Notes: a model not told the origin generated them from the sequence alone. Positions 1 through 11,902 are shown, numbered from the stretch's first letter. The stretch: DNA of 64,000 nucleotides from Macrostomum lignano (GCA_002269645.1 NIVC01002094.1:141423-205422), one strand, 5' to 3'. Program-made: numbers and translations.

Positions 1-249
1 TCGAAAATCGCCCAGAATCTTTTCAGCAAGCTCTTTGGTTAAACCACCCTTGGCGGCCTGGTACCAAAGCTTCAGATCATTTCTTCGCTCTTTCGCAATC
101 ACCTCCATATGGTAGCAGCGGCCGCCAAGCAGAATCTCCAGCGCCTTCATCTGCGAATTGGTGCCAGTTCGCATTAGGCCGGCGCCAATCACTACGGGGC
201 CTGAGGCAGCCTGCTCCTGCGGTGCGCCAGCTCGAAGCATATTAGACAT
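1..249 (-). CDS. Sulfotransferase-family protein (Sulfotransfer_4-like), paralog 1; 5' part only, runs off window start
   Basis: Manual translation from ATG at 249: MSNMLRAGAPQEQAASGPVVIGAGLMRTGTNSQMKALEILLGGRCYHMEVIAKERRNDLKLWYQAAKGGLTKELAEKILGDFR. Same GLMRTGTNS (5'-PSB-like loop) and GGRCYHM motifs as the three complete paralogs. Confidence 0.9.
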   Translation of the reverse strand, partial: MSNMLRAGAPQEQAASGPVVIGAGLMRTGTNSQMKALEILLGGRCYHMEVIAKERRNDLKLWYQAAKGGLTKELAEKILGDFR

Positions 250-1356
250 TCCAATCGAATCAGGAATGCAGTCAAATTTAGCCAAATAACCGTTGTGACA
301 AAAAATACCGTTCTATAAATAATAAGTTTCAGTCCTTTTAGAAAACAAGTGTTTCCATCCGGGTACTTCTTATTTTATTAATTATCAAGTGCTTCACAGG
401 TGCCTAATGTCTGCGCATAGGGCAAGGACTACTCAAATAGGACAGGAAACAACGTTTTCCTGGAAAATTTCCGAAGGCAGATTTTTCAGAAAAAAATGCA
501 TTACGAAGATAAGAGGTTTTCATTTTTTCAGCACAAGAATCGTTATTGCTTTTGATATGTTGTGCCTTTATTATATGTCTATTGATAGTCAATTTAAAGC
601 CTTTTTTAAGAAAATTATGATTCCATGTTAATTTTTTATTTTACGTACATTCTATATATTAAGAATGAAAAAATGCATGGCACAGCTCGGCTCATTGGTT
701 TTATCAATCTATTTTAACATCTCTGTTACACATTGTTACAGTCAGCTAAGAATGACAAGTACGCTTTCTTATTTTTAGGAACTGGATGGACATGTAATTA
801 GGCTAAAAATTAACATAGAACCTTAATCTCCTTAACTAAAAGCTTTATGAATACCAATAGAGCTATAAGAAAGGCAAAGCATATCAAAAGATGAACACTG
901 GGCCTGCCTACTATCAAAAGCAATAACACAATTTTTACGCTAGAAAACGTCAAACCCTTACCTATAACTGTAATATATTTTGGTCGGTAACTGGTCGGTA
1001 ATATTATATTATATTATATATAATGGTCAGTTACCGACACACTTATTGGGCTTTAACTTAGTGCAAAAAAGAGAAAGAAAACGCCTAATGTGACAAAGTT
1101 ATGAAAGGCAAATTTATTGAAATTGTAATAAAACTCGCAACAGGTCAGCTGTGCAAATAATTTTCGCTAGTTGTAAAATTTCGTTACATAATCTAAAATT
1201 GTTGTGAAATTTGTTAAAATTAAACAAAATGAAAAGCGTTCAAATAAAACTACAAGAAAACTTTTTAAGAGAGTTCTTTTCAACCGTAAGTTTCGAAATC
1301 TATACTTTTAGCAATGTAAAATCACATTTATTGAGAGTTAATAAATTAGCTTAAGA

Positions 1357-4300
1357 AGCCTTCTATTGTATCGGTCAAGCAAACCTACGCAGACAGCACT
1401 TCACACCGAACCAGCAGCCTTCTATTGTATAGGTCAGGCAAACCTACGCAGACAGCACTTCACACCGAACCAGCAGCCTTCTATTGTATAGGTCAAGCAA
1501 ACCTACGCAGACAGCACTTCAGACCAAACCAGCAGCCTTCTATTGTATAGGTCAAGCAAACCTACGCAGACAGCACTTCAGACCAAACCAGCAGCCTTCT
1601 ATTGTATAGGTCAAGCAAACCTACGCAGACAGCACTTCACACCGAACCAGCAGCCTTCTATTGTATAGGTCAAGCAAACCTACGCAGACAGCACTTCAGA
1701 CCAAACCAGCAGCCTTCTATTGTATCGGTCAAGCAAACCTACGCAGACAGCACTTCAGACCAAACCAGCAGCCTTCTATTGTATCGGTCAAGCAAACCTA
1801 CGCAGACAGCACTTCAGACCGAACCAGCAGCCTTCTATTGTATAGGTCAAGCAAACCTACGCAGACAGCACTTCACACCGAACCAGCAGCCTTCTATTGT
1901 ATAGGTCAGGCAAACCTACGCAGACAGCACTTCACACCGAACCAGCAGCCTTCTATTGTATAGGTCAGGCAAACCTACGCAGACAGCACTTCAGACCAAA
2001 CCAGCAGCCTTCTATTGTATAGGTCAAGCAAACCTACGCAGACAGCACTTCACACCGAACCAGCAGCCTTCTATTGTATAGGTCAAGCAAACCTACGCAG
2101 ACAGCACTTCAGACCAAACCAGCAGCCTTCTATTGTATAGGTCAAGCAAACCTACGCAGACAGCACTTCAGACCAAACCAGCAGCCTTCTATTGTATAGG
2201 TCAAGCAAACCTACGCAGACAGCACTTCAGACCAAACCAGCAGCCTTCTATTGTATAGGTCAAGCAAACCTACGCAGACAGCACTTCAGACCAAACCAGC
2301 AGCCTTCATATTGTATCGGTCAAGCAAACCTACGCAGACAGCACTTCACACCGAACCAGCAGCCTTCTATTGTATAGGTCAAGCAAACCTACGCAGACAG
2401 CACTTCAGACCAAACAAGCAGCCTTCTATTGTATAGGTCAAGCAAACCTACGCAGACAGCACTTCAGACCAAACCAGCAGCCTTCTATTGTATAGGTCAG
2501 GCAAACCTACGCAGACAGCACTTCACACCGAACCAGCAGCCTTCTATTGTATAGGTCAGGCAAACCTACGCAGACAGCACTTCAGACCAAACCAGCAGCC
2601 TTCTATTGTATAGGTCAAGCAAACCTACGCAGACAGCACTTCACACCGAACCAGCAGCCTTCTATTGTATAGGTCAAGCAAACCTACGCAGACAGCACTT
2701 CAGACCAAACCAGCAGCCTTCTATTGTATAGGTCAAGCAAACCTACGCAGACAGCACTTCAGACCAAACCAGCAGCCTTCTATTGTATAGGTCAAGCAAA
2801 CCTACGCAGACAGCACTTCAGACCAAACCAGCAGCCTTCTATTGTATAGGTCAAGCAAACCTACGCAGACAGCACTTCAGACCAAACCAGCAGCCTTCAT
2901 ATTGTATCGGTCAAGCAAACCTACGCAGACAGCACTTCACACCGAACCAGCAGCCTTCTATTGTATAGGTCAAGCAAACCTACGCAGACAGCACTTCAGA
3001 CCAAACCAGCAGCCTTCTATTGTATAGGTCAAGCAAACCTACGCAGACAGCACTTCAGACCAAACCAGCAGCCTTCTATTGTATAGGTCAGGCAAACCTA
3101 CGCAGACAGCACTTCACACCGAACCAGCAGCCTTCTATTGTATAGGTCAGGCAAACCTACGCAGACAGCACTTCAGACCAAACCAGCAGCCTTCTATTGT
3201 ATAGGTCAAGCAAACCTACGCAGACAGCACTTCAGACCAAACCAGCAGCCTTCTATTGTATAGGTCAAGCAAACCTACGCAGACAGCACTTCAGACCAAA
3301 CCAGCAGCCTTCTATTGTATAGGTCAAGCAAACCTACGCAGACAGCACTTCAGACCAAACCAGCAGCCTTCTATTGTATAGGTCAAGCAAACCTACGCAG
3401 ACAGCACTTCAGACCAAACCAGCAGCCTTCATATTGTATCGGTCAAGCAAACCTACGCAGACAGCACTTCACACCGAACCAGCAGCCTTCTATTGTATAG
3501 GTCAAGCAAACCTACGCAGACAGCACTTCAGACCAAACCAGCAGCCTTCTATTGTATAGGTCAAGCAAACCTACGCAGACAGCACTTCAGACCAAACCAG
3601 CAGCCTTCTATTGTATAGGTCAAGCAAACCTACGCAGACAGCACTTCACACCGAACCAGCAGCCTTCTATTGTATAGGTCAAGCAAACCTACGCAGACAG
3701 CACTTCACACCGAACCAGCAGCCTTCTATTGTATAGGTCAAGCAAACCTACGCAGACAGCACTTCAGACCAAACCAGCAGCCTTCTATTGTATAGGTCAA
3801 GCAAACCTACGCAGACAGCACTTCACACCGAACCAGCAGCCTTCTATTGTATAGGTCAAGCAAACCTACGCAGACAGCACTTCACACCGAACCAGCAGCC
3901 TTCTATTGTATCGGTCAAGCAAACCTACGCAGACAGCACTTCAGACCGAACCAGCAGCCTTCTATTGTATAGGTCAGGCAAACCTACGCAGACAGCACTT
4001 CAGACCGAACCAGCAGCCTTCTATTGTATAGGTCAGGCAAACCTACGCAGACAGCACTTCAGACCAAACCAGCAGCCTTCTATTGTATAGGTCAAGCAAA
4101 CCTACGCAGACAGCACTTCAGACCAAACCAGCAGCCTTCTATTGTATAGGTCAAGCAAACCTACGCAGACAGCACTTCAGACCGAACCAGCAGCCTTCTA
4201 TTGTATAGGTCAAGCAAACCTACGCAGACAGCACTTCAGACCAAACCAGCAGCCTTCTATTGTATAGGTCAAGCAAACCTACGCAGACAGCACTTCAGAC

Positions 4301-4438
4301 CAAACCAGCAGCCTTCTATTGTATAGGTCAAGCAAACCTACGCAGACAGCACTTCAGACCGAACCAGCAGCATTCATATTGTATCGGTCAAGCAAATCTA
4401 CGCAGACAGCACTTCAGACCAAACCAGACAGCAAGGCC
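1357..4438. repeat. 59-bp tandem minisatellite (~52 copies) derived from the 3' end of sulfotransferase paralog 2
   Basis: Unit CTATTGTATAGGTCAAGCAAACCTACGCAGACAGCACTTCAGACCAAACCAGCAGCCTT. Its reverse complement contains TGG TTT GGT CTG AAG TGC TGT CTG CGT AGG TTT GCT TGA, the last codons of the 4388 CDS. Confidence 0.97.
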
Positions 4439-5164
4439 CACAGCCGAGCAGAAGCCGAAATTAGCAAGAGCACTAATTGTGTAAAAGCCAATGGCTTTCT
4501 TCTGAAATTCAGCAGTATCATTCACATTTGGAAACGGTACATCGGGTACCGGCAGCTCCAGGAAGTTGCACAATGGTTCCCAACCATCCGAAACTCGAAA
4601 CACTAACAGTCGCTCTTTGGGAATAGTTCGAATCACCGCCTCGGTGTGACGGTTAAACGCTTCAATCAATTCTTTGTCTGTCATGTCCACTCGAATACCC
4701 AATCGCGAGTCGAAGATGTTGTGATGCAACGGCAGAAAGTAGGTCAGATTGAGAAGCCACAACGATGGGGCCAGCATACAACCCATAGCCTTCATACCCT
4801 TAAAGATGGTACTGCGAACGCTCTCAACCCATCGTTGGGGATCGCGAACGCTCAGCACAAACTTGGCATTGGGATAAATCTTGAGTAGCTCAGGATAGAA
4901 AGCCGCTACAGGAAAGTCTGTTGTAGCAACAAAACCGTCAAAGATTTGGTCAGCCAGCTGTTTTGTTAAACCCTCTTTGGCAGCCTGATTCCACAGCTTC
5001 AAGTGGTGTCGCTTCTGTTTCATGATTACGAACATATGGTAGCACCGGCCGCCAAGCAGAATCTCCAGCGCCTTCATCTGCGAGTTGGTGCCAGTTCGCA
5101 TCAGGCCAACACCAAACACCAATGGACCCGTAGTGGACTGTTGCAACTTGCTATCAAGAGACAT
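4388..5164 (-). CDS. Sulfotransferase-family protein, paralog 2 (intronless, C-terminal hydrophobic anchor)
   Basis: ORF 4388..5266; likely start is the ATG at 5164 (MSLDSKLQ), matching paralog lengths. Motifs GLMRTGTNS, GGRCYHM, LSVRDP..W..S, SDGWEPLC.FL..PVP..PFP..N. Confidence 0.92.
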   Translation of the reverse strand: MSLDSKLQQSTTGPLVFGVGLMRTGTNSQMKALEILLGGRCYHMFVIMKQKRHHLKLWNQAAKEGLTKQLADQIFDGFVATTDFPVAAFYPELLKIYPNAKFVLSVRDPQRWVESVRSTIFKGMKAMGCMLAPSLWLLNLTYFLPLHHNIFDSRLGIRVDMTDKELIEAFNRHTEAVIRTIPKERLLVFRVSDGWEPLCNFLELPVPDVPFPNVNDTAEFQKKAIGFYTISALANFGFCSAVGLAVWFGLKCCLRRFA

Positions 5165-6251
5165 TGCGCTTGCTTGCGATTCAGTTGATGTTAAACAATA
5201 AAAAACGATAGCAGAAATAATTGCGCAAAGGTTACGCTTAGCTCTGAGGCACTGTGGTGGTCGCAACTCACACCCACGGATACTAGAATAACTAGACTAG
5301 ATGGGCCACTCAGCAAATTTGCGTGTAAGCTACTTTCAGTTCAGTAGCAAGTTACAGGGAAGAATTTTAATGTATTTTAAAAGACAAGGTTTATTTATTG
5401 TCTCTTACACCCCCAAGCTTAAACCCTCAAACTCCACACGGAACCTCTACCCCCGTCCCACCGCCCAATTTTTATTACCCTACTCGGTTGTTCCAATCTA
5501 AAGCTGCCATGTACATATCAGTGGACTGGCTAATGTACATTATGGCTGAACCAATTAGCAAGCTGTTTACGCCTGCAAGCTTGGGCTTCTAAACTTATCG
5601 AAGTCATTTCAGCTGCCATTATTTTTATAAAATAACGTACGTATTCTTTATTGCTACTGAACTGAAAGTAGAAAGCTGTTTTACCAAGTATATATGACTG
5701 AGTGGCCCATTTAGTTATTCTAGTATCTGTGCTCACACCCAAAAAATTAATTTTCAACTTTTGGAGATAAAAACGTTCAAGTACGAATGCACTCGTACCA
5801 GACTTTTCAAAATCCATTTTTACTTTTATGAAGATTCTAAGATATACAGCTACATTTGAGCTGGGTGACGAACTTGCTTAAACCCTCGTAACTAACCAAG
5901 GCCAACTGTGCTTAACTTAATTCGCTAACACATGGAGGAACAAAACTTCAATGCAAAATGAGTGCTAGCTTGAAAAAAATTAGCAAAGAAATAACAAACA
6001 GACTAAAGATACACGTTTTATTAGTTTCCATTAGTAACTAGAAATAAAATGGACACGCTGTACTTTTTTTGCAAATTGTAAACTAAAATAATAACAGTAT
6101 AGAATGGTATAATACCGTGACTAGGTATAGCAATGGAAATGAATAAATATTAACATATCTAGTGATAAAGAAATGCGCTAATTATATTGTGGTTTCTTTA
6201 AAATAGATTGTAACTATTCAGATTTTTACCGCGTAAAGTATTATTGGTTAT

Positions 6252-7397
6252 TGGGATATTCCTGAAGGATGGTTTATGGGATATTCCTGAAGGATGGTTT
6301 ATGGGAGAATCCTGAAGGATGGTTTATGGGAGATTTTTGAAGGATGGTTTATGGGAGAATCCTGAAGGATGGTTTATGGGAGAATCCTAAAGGATGGTTT
6401 ATGGGAGAATCCTGAAGGATGGTTTATGGGAGATTTTTGAAGGATGGTTTATGGGATATTCCTGAAGGATGGTTTATGGGAGATTTTTGAAGGATGATTT
6501 ATGGGAGAATCCTGAAGGATGGTTTATGGGAGATTTTTGAAGGATGGTTTATGGGAGAATCCTGAAGGATGGTTTATGGGAGATTTTTGAAGGATGGTTT
6601 ATGGGAGAATCCTGAAGGATGGTTTATGGGAGATTTTTGAAGGATGGTTTATGGGAGAATCCTGAAGGATGATTTATGGGAGAATCCTGAAGGATTGTTT
6701 ATGGGAGATTTTTGAAGGATGATTTATGGGAGAATCCTGAAGGATGATTTATGGGAGAATCCTGAAGGATGGTTTATGGGAGATTTTTGAAGGATGGTTT
6801 ATGGGAGAATCCTGAAGGATGATTTATGGGAGAATCCTGAAGGATTGTTTATGGGAGATTTTTGAAAAATGATTTATGGGAGAATCCTGAAGGATGGTTT
6901 ATGGGAGAATCCTGAAGGATGGTTTATGGGAGATTTTTGAAGGATGGTTTATGGGAGAATCCTGAAGGATGGTTTATGGGAGATTTTTGAAGGATGATTT
7001 ATGGGAGAATCCTGAAGGATGGTTTATGGGAGATTTTTGAAGGATGGTTTATGGGATATTCCTGAAGGATGGTTTATGGGAGATTTTTGAAGGATGATTT
7101 ATGGGAGAATCCTGAAGGATGGTTTATGGGAGATTTTTGAAGGATGGTTTATGGGAGAATCCTAAAGGATGGTTTATGGGAGAATCCTGAAGGATGGTTT
7201 ATGGGAGATTTTTGAAGGATGGTTTATGGGAGAATCCTGAAGGATTGTTTATGGGAGATTTTTGAAGGATGGTTTATGGGAGAATCCTAAAGGATGGTTT
7301 ATGGGAGAATCCTGAAGGATGGTTTATGGGAGATTTTTGAAGGATGGTTTATGGGAGAATCCTGAAGGATGGTTTATGGGAGAATCATGAAGGATGA
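6252..7397. repeat. 25-bp minisatellite downstream of sulfotransferase paralog 3
   Basis: Unit GAAGGATGGTTTATGGGAGAATCCT alternating with a ...GGGAGATTTTT variant. Confidence 0.95.
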
Positions 7398-7487
7398 CTT
7401 ATAGTAGATTCTTAAGCCGACAAAGCCAAAAAGAGAGGCAATGCACTTAAGTCGTGAACTTATTGATAAAAAAATATTTTGCAACTG

Positions 7488-8267
7488 TCAACCAAACCGA
7501 CGCAGAGCGAACTTCAACCCGAACCAGACAATCGCCCCAGCAACCGAGCAGACAGCCAAATTAGTAGTGACACTGGCCATATCGATGAAGTGAGCAAAGA
7601 ACACAAACTCATTAGTGTCTTTAATATGTGGAAACGGTCGATCGGGCACAGGTACACCCAGGTAGCTGCACAGAGGCTCCCAACCATCGGTGACTCGATA
7701 GATCAACAGTCGATCTTTAGGAATCGTTCTTTGTACAGCTTCAGCATGCCGTTCAAAAGCAGCGGTCATCTCCTCTTCAGTCATGTCAAAATTAAACACG
7801 AATCTAGATTGAAATATAGCATCGTGTAACAGTTGGAAGTAGCTGAGATCCCACAGCCACCGAGTCAAAGGTAACATCCGGCCCACAGCTCGATAGACAC
7901 GACCAATAGTGAGTTTCATGCTATTCGACCAACGCTTGGGATCGCGAAGGCTTAAAATGAACTTCGCCTCGGGATAAATCTGCGCCAACTCGGCGTAAAA
8001 CATTGCCGTAGGAAAATCTGCTGCCGCAACAAAACCGTCAAATATTTGATCGGCTAGTTCTTTAGTCAGGCCCTGAGTAGCGGCTTTGTGCCACAGTTTG
8101 AAATGATCCCGCCTCTCAGACATTATCACCTGCATGTGATAGCAACGACCGTTTAGAAGTCTCTCCAAGGCTTTCATCTGCGAATTGGTGCCAGTTCGCA
8201 TCAGGCCTGTGCATATCACTTTTGGCCCACCCTGCGACTGCTCACTTTGAGTATCCGGTTCTGTCAT
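7488..8267 (-). CDS. Sulfotransferase-family protein, paralog 3 (259 aa, intronless)
   Basis: ORF track; GLMRTGTNS, GRCYHM, LSLRDP, DGWEPLC motifs; hydrophobic C-terminus. Confidence 0.93.
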   Translation of the reverse strand: MTEPDTQSEQSQGGPKVICTGLMRTGTNSQMKALERLLNGRCYHMQVIMSERRDHFKLWHKAATQGLTKELADQIFDGFVAAADFPTAMFYAELAQIYPEAKFILSLRDPKRWSNSMKLTIGRVYRAVGRMLPLTRWLWDLSYFQLLHDAIFQSRFVFNFDMTEEEMTAAFERHAEAVQRTIPKDRLLIYRVTDGWEPLCSYLGVPVPDRPFPHIKDTNEFVFFAHFIDMASVTTNLAVCSVAGAIVWFGLKFALRRFG

Positions 8268-8394
8268 GAGTAGTTTCGATTTTTTTATTGCTGGTCTGCT
8301 TTTGATTTGCTGAAATAGAGGTTTATATATTGTTTAGGGAATTTTGTGAAGAAACAAAAAAGACCATCCTTTATGAACAAAAATAAATGGTAAT

Positions 8395-9195
8395 TAGACT
8401 CTTGTGGGAAATTAGACGATACTTTTGAGGGAAATAAGAGACTCTTTATGGCGAATTAGAGGACACTATTGAGGGGAGTTAGAGGAGACTCTTGAAGGGA
8501 ATTAGAGGAGACTCTTGAGGGGAATTAGAGGAGACTCTTGAAGGGAATTAGAGGAGACTCTTGAGGAGAATTAGAGGACACTATTGATGGGAATTAGAGG
8601 AGACTCTTGAGGAGAATTAGAGGACACTATTGATGGGAATTAGAGGAGACTCTTGAGAGGAATTAGAGGAGACTCTTGAGGGGAATTAGAGGAGACTCTT
8701 AAGGAGAATTAGATGAGAATCTTGAGGGGAATTAGAGGAGACTCTTGAGGAGAATTAGAGGACACCATTGAGGGGAATTAGAGGAGACTCTTGGGAGGAA
8801 TTAGAGGAGACTCTTGAGGGGAATTAGAGGAGACTCTTAAGGAGAATTAGATGAGAATCTTGAGGGGAATTAGAGGAGACTCTTGATGGGAATTAGAAGA
8901 ATCTCTTGAGGGGAATTAGAGGACACTATTTAGGGGAATTAGAGGAGACTCTTGAGGGGAATTAGAGGACACTATTGATGGGAATTAGAGGAGACTCTTG
9001 AGGGGAATTAGAGGACACTATTGATGGGAATTAGAGGAGACTCTTGAGGGGAATTAGAGGAGAATCTTGAGAGGAATTAGACGGCACTATTTAGGGGAAT
9101 TAGAGGAGACTCTTGAGGGAAATTAGGAAACTTTCAAGGAGAATTAGAGGAGGCTCTTAAATGAATTAGAGACACTAGAGAGGAATTATGAATGT
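8395..9195. repeat. ~23-bp minisatellite downstream of sulfotransferase paralog 4
   Basis: Unit GAGGGGAATTAGAGGAGACTCTT with variants (GACACTATT, GAATCTT). Confidence 0.93.
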
Positions 9196-9406
9196 CCATC
9201 GATGGAAATCAGAGGATTGACATAGTGAAAATACTAAAATAATGTTTACAATAATAAAGCTCATATGTTATCGACGTGATAAAGGCTGTTGAAAAATTAT
9301 TTATTCAAAAAAATAATCAGTTAAGATTTTAAAACTCCTATCAATAACTATAAAAAATGAATAATTATTGCATTGAGTTAATTGCACAAAAATTCAATTG
9401 AGATTG

Positions 9407-10201
9407 CTAGCTCTGAGCACAGGTAGAGGACCGCAGCAAGTATTTAACACCAACCCAGACACCTCCAAAGACAGCTGAACAAACTGCTAAATTAAGCAGA
9501 GGCCCGACAATCTTGAGCCCGACAATTGTTTCTAAGAATCGTTTCGTATCGTTCAGATGAGGAAACGGTTCGTTCGAAGGCACGGGCAGCTCCAGGAACT
9601 TACACAACGGTTCCCAACCGTCTGACACTCGAAATATCAACAGTCTCTCCTTCGGTATGGTTCGAATCACTGTCTCATTGTGACGGTTGAATGCTTCGAT
9701 CATTTCCGCATCAGACATGTCAAAATTGAAGCCCAAACGAGAGCCCAGCACAGCGTCACTCAGAGGCAAGTAGTGAGACAGCCCCAGAAGCCATCGCACT
9801 GGCGGTAGCATGTACTCAACTGTCAATTTAGACTGCAGAATGGTAGCCCGGACACTTCTCACCCAATCAATTGGATCGCGAATGCTCAGTACAAACTTGG
9901 CGTCAGGATAAATCTGCATCAATTCTTTGTAGAAATGAGCAGCTGGAAAGTCTGTACAAGCCAGAAAGTCGTCAAATATTTCCTCAGCCAATTCTTTGCT
10001 CAAGCCTTGGATAGCAGCTCGATGCCACAGCTGCAGATGTGACAGCTTCTCTTCCATCACAATGTCCATATGATAGCAGCGGCCGCCAAGCAGCATCTCC
10101 AGCGCCTTCATCTGCGAATTGGTGCCAGTTCGCATCAGGCCAGCGCCAATCACACGAAGACCAGCTGAAGATTTGTTTTTCCTACTAGCAGCAGAAGACA
10201 T
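9407..10201 (-). CDS. Sulfotransferase-family protein, paralog 4 (264 aa, intronless)
   Basis: ORF track; same motif set as paralogs 1-3. Confidence 0.93.
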   Translation of the reverse strand: MSSAASRKNKSSAGLRVIGAGLMRTGTNSQMKALEMLLGGRCYHMDIVMEEKLSHLQLWHRAAIQGLSKELAEEIFDDFLACTDFPAAHFYKELMQIYPDAKFVLSIRDPIDWVRSVRATILQSKLTVEYMLPPVRWLLGLSHYLPLSDAVLGSRLGFNFDMSDAEMIEAFNRHNETVIRTIPKERLLIFRVSDGWEPLCKFLELPVPSNEPFPHLNDTKRFLETIVGLKIVGPLLNLAVCSAVFGGVWVGVKYLLRSSTCAQS

Positions 10202-10731
10202 CAGTTTTGCCTGATTTAATGTTCTTTTTCAGAAACTGTAATTTGAGATTTTTTGTCGCTATTGGTGTTAAAATTTCACGTGAAGTTGGTGAATTTCGAA
10301 TCGTGTTAGATGGGATCGCTCACTAAACTTCTCAGTACATAAATTATGTATTTCAATTTCAAGTCCCTTTTTCTGGATGGGGTATTACTTCAGAATTGAA
10401 ACTTAACAAAGTTATTGCTAATAACCTATAAAGAGTCTTGCAGAAGGCATAATGTGGCAGAAATATTAGATATAATTGCTCTCAAATGAATATTTAATTT
10501 TGTTTTCTCTGTTATTCTGGAAAAAGTACGATATGGCTGCAACTACAAAAGTATCATCAACTAACTACTAACGAGTTTGTGTAGTACATGGATTGTAATA
10601 ATTAAATGTTACTCATTACCTTGTATATCATCAATAAATGCCTGTACAATGACTTGAACTGAGTATGGATAAACTAGAATAAAAATTTCTATTTATTGGA
10701 TAGATAGAAATTGACCCACTCGGAACAATTT

Positions 10732-10945
10732 ATGTCCTTGAGCAAGACACTTAACTCTGCATTGCTTCAGTTCACTCAGCTGTAAAATGGGTGCAAAACT
10801 GGGCGACCCCCCCCCCCCCAGTCCTTGGATTGAACAGCCGTACGCAGCCTTCAGATGCGCCGCGCAACAGCTGCGGCTGAGCTGTCGGTTGCAAACTTGC
10901 CCATCAAGACAGGTGTAATCTGTTATTATTATAATTATAATTGTT
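10732..10945 (+). mobile_element. 5'-truncated CORE-SINE-like element
   Basis: GTCCTTGAGCAAGACACTTAACTCTGCATTGCTTCAGTTCACTCAGCTGTAAAATGGG resembles the MIR/CORE domain (GACCTTGGGCAAGTCACTTAACCTCTCTG..CTCAGTTTCCTCATCTGTAAAATGGG, recalled consensus). Ends in a TTA-rich tail; no tRNA head seen. Confidence 0.65.
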
Positions 10946-11902
10946 ATTTTTATCTATTAGATTCTAAAAAATAGTAATAATAGCATCTAAAATCAGATTT
11001 CATCACTGAATGTCTACTTCACGTGGACAGTGACCCTTAATTGGTTTTGAACTTGTTATAGAAAAATTGGACAAGTGGATAAGTTATCTAATCTATCACT
11101 AAATCAATCAATCAAAATAAAGGAAAATAAGCGCAAGTCAAATAAAAGAGAAAACAGAAAAGTGATGCATATTTTTTTATTTTTAGATGCAAATAAACTA
11201 CACCTAATTCTATAACACATATATATATATTATCCAATGGGTAATTATACAATTATTACACAGGTAAAGACAGTCACGTGTTAGTAAATTCATAGCTCCT
11301 CTAGTTTAGTTTTAAAGATAGAATAAGGAGAAACAGCAAAACACTTAGTCAAGATAATAATATAGATATAGCCTAAACTAAGGTCGATTTTTTTACACAA
11401 GAAATACTTTTGCCCCAAAATAAAAACTCTACTAATAGTAATGGTATCATCGCGTGTTACTATTCAAATTAAATTAATTCCTGTTACACGTAGATCGGGG
11501 GGGGATTTCACAGCAGCCACTTGTCGACTGGCTCTCATGGACCAGCTGGGAACCAACAATCGAAATCCAGCGTTTGTTTTATTTTGAGTCGCCCCAGAGT
11601 AGTTTCGGAGTCGTTACAGGTAACATAGGTAAACTAGGAAAGAAGCGACTCTAGACGACTCTGGGGACCGTAGGGTCGGTATCGAAGGCGTGCCAGAGTC
11701 TATAACAACTCTATTTAGAGTACAATTGGATTTAGTAGAAAGTTGAGCGCCAACCCAGACTTAAGCATCTAGGTTATTTATTATTTTTTAAAAATCTGAG
11801 ACTACCCTTGCAGCTAAAACCAACAAAACACGCATGCTAAAGTCCACCCTAAAATATTGTTTTTAGTATCGTATTTTCAGTTTTAAAACTCTTTTTTTAA
11901 GT

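Noticed and set aside
1357-4438. Regular repeat array resembling a CRISPR locus; short ORFs 1602-4606
   Set aside because: Units are contiguous with no unique spacers, there are no cas genes, the context is eukaryotic, and the ORFs are just translations of the repeat.
5165-5266. N-terminal extension of paralog 2 in the ORF track
   Set aside because: It starts at a non-ATG codon; the ATG at 5164 gives a length matching the other paralogs.
1-10201. Recent horizontal transfer of the intronless sulfotransferases
   Set aside because: Lack of introns alone is not evidence, the family is already known in flatworms and other animals, and a phylogeny would be needed.
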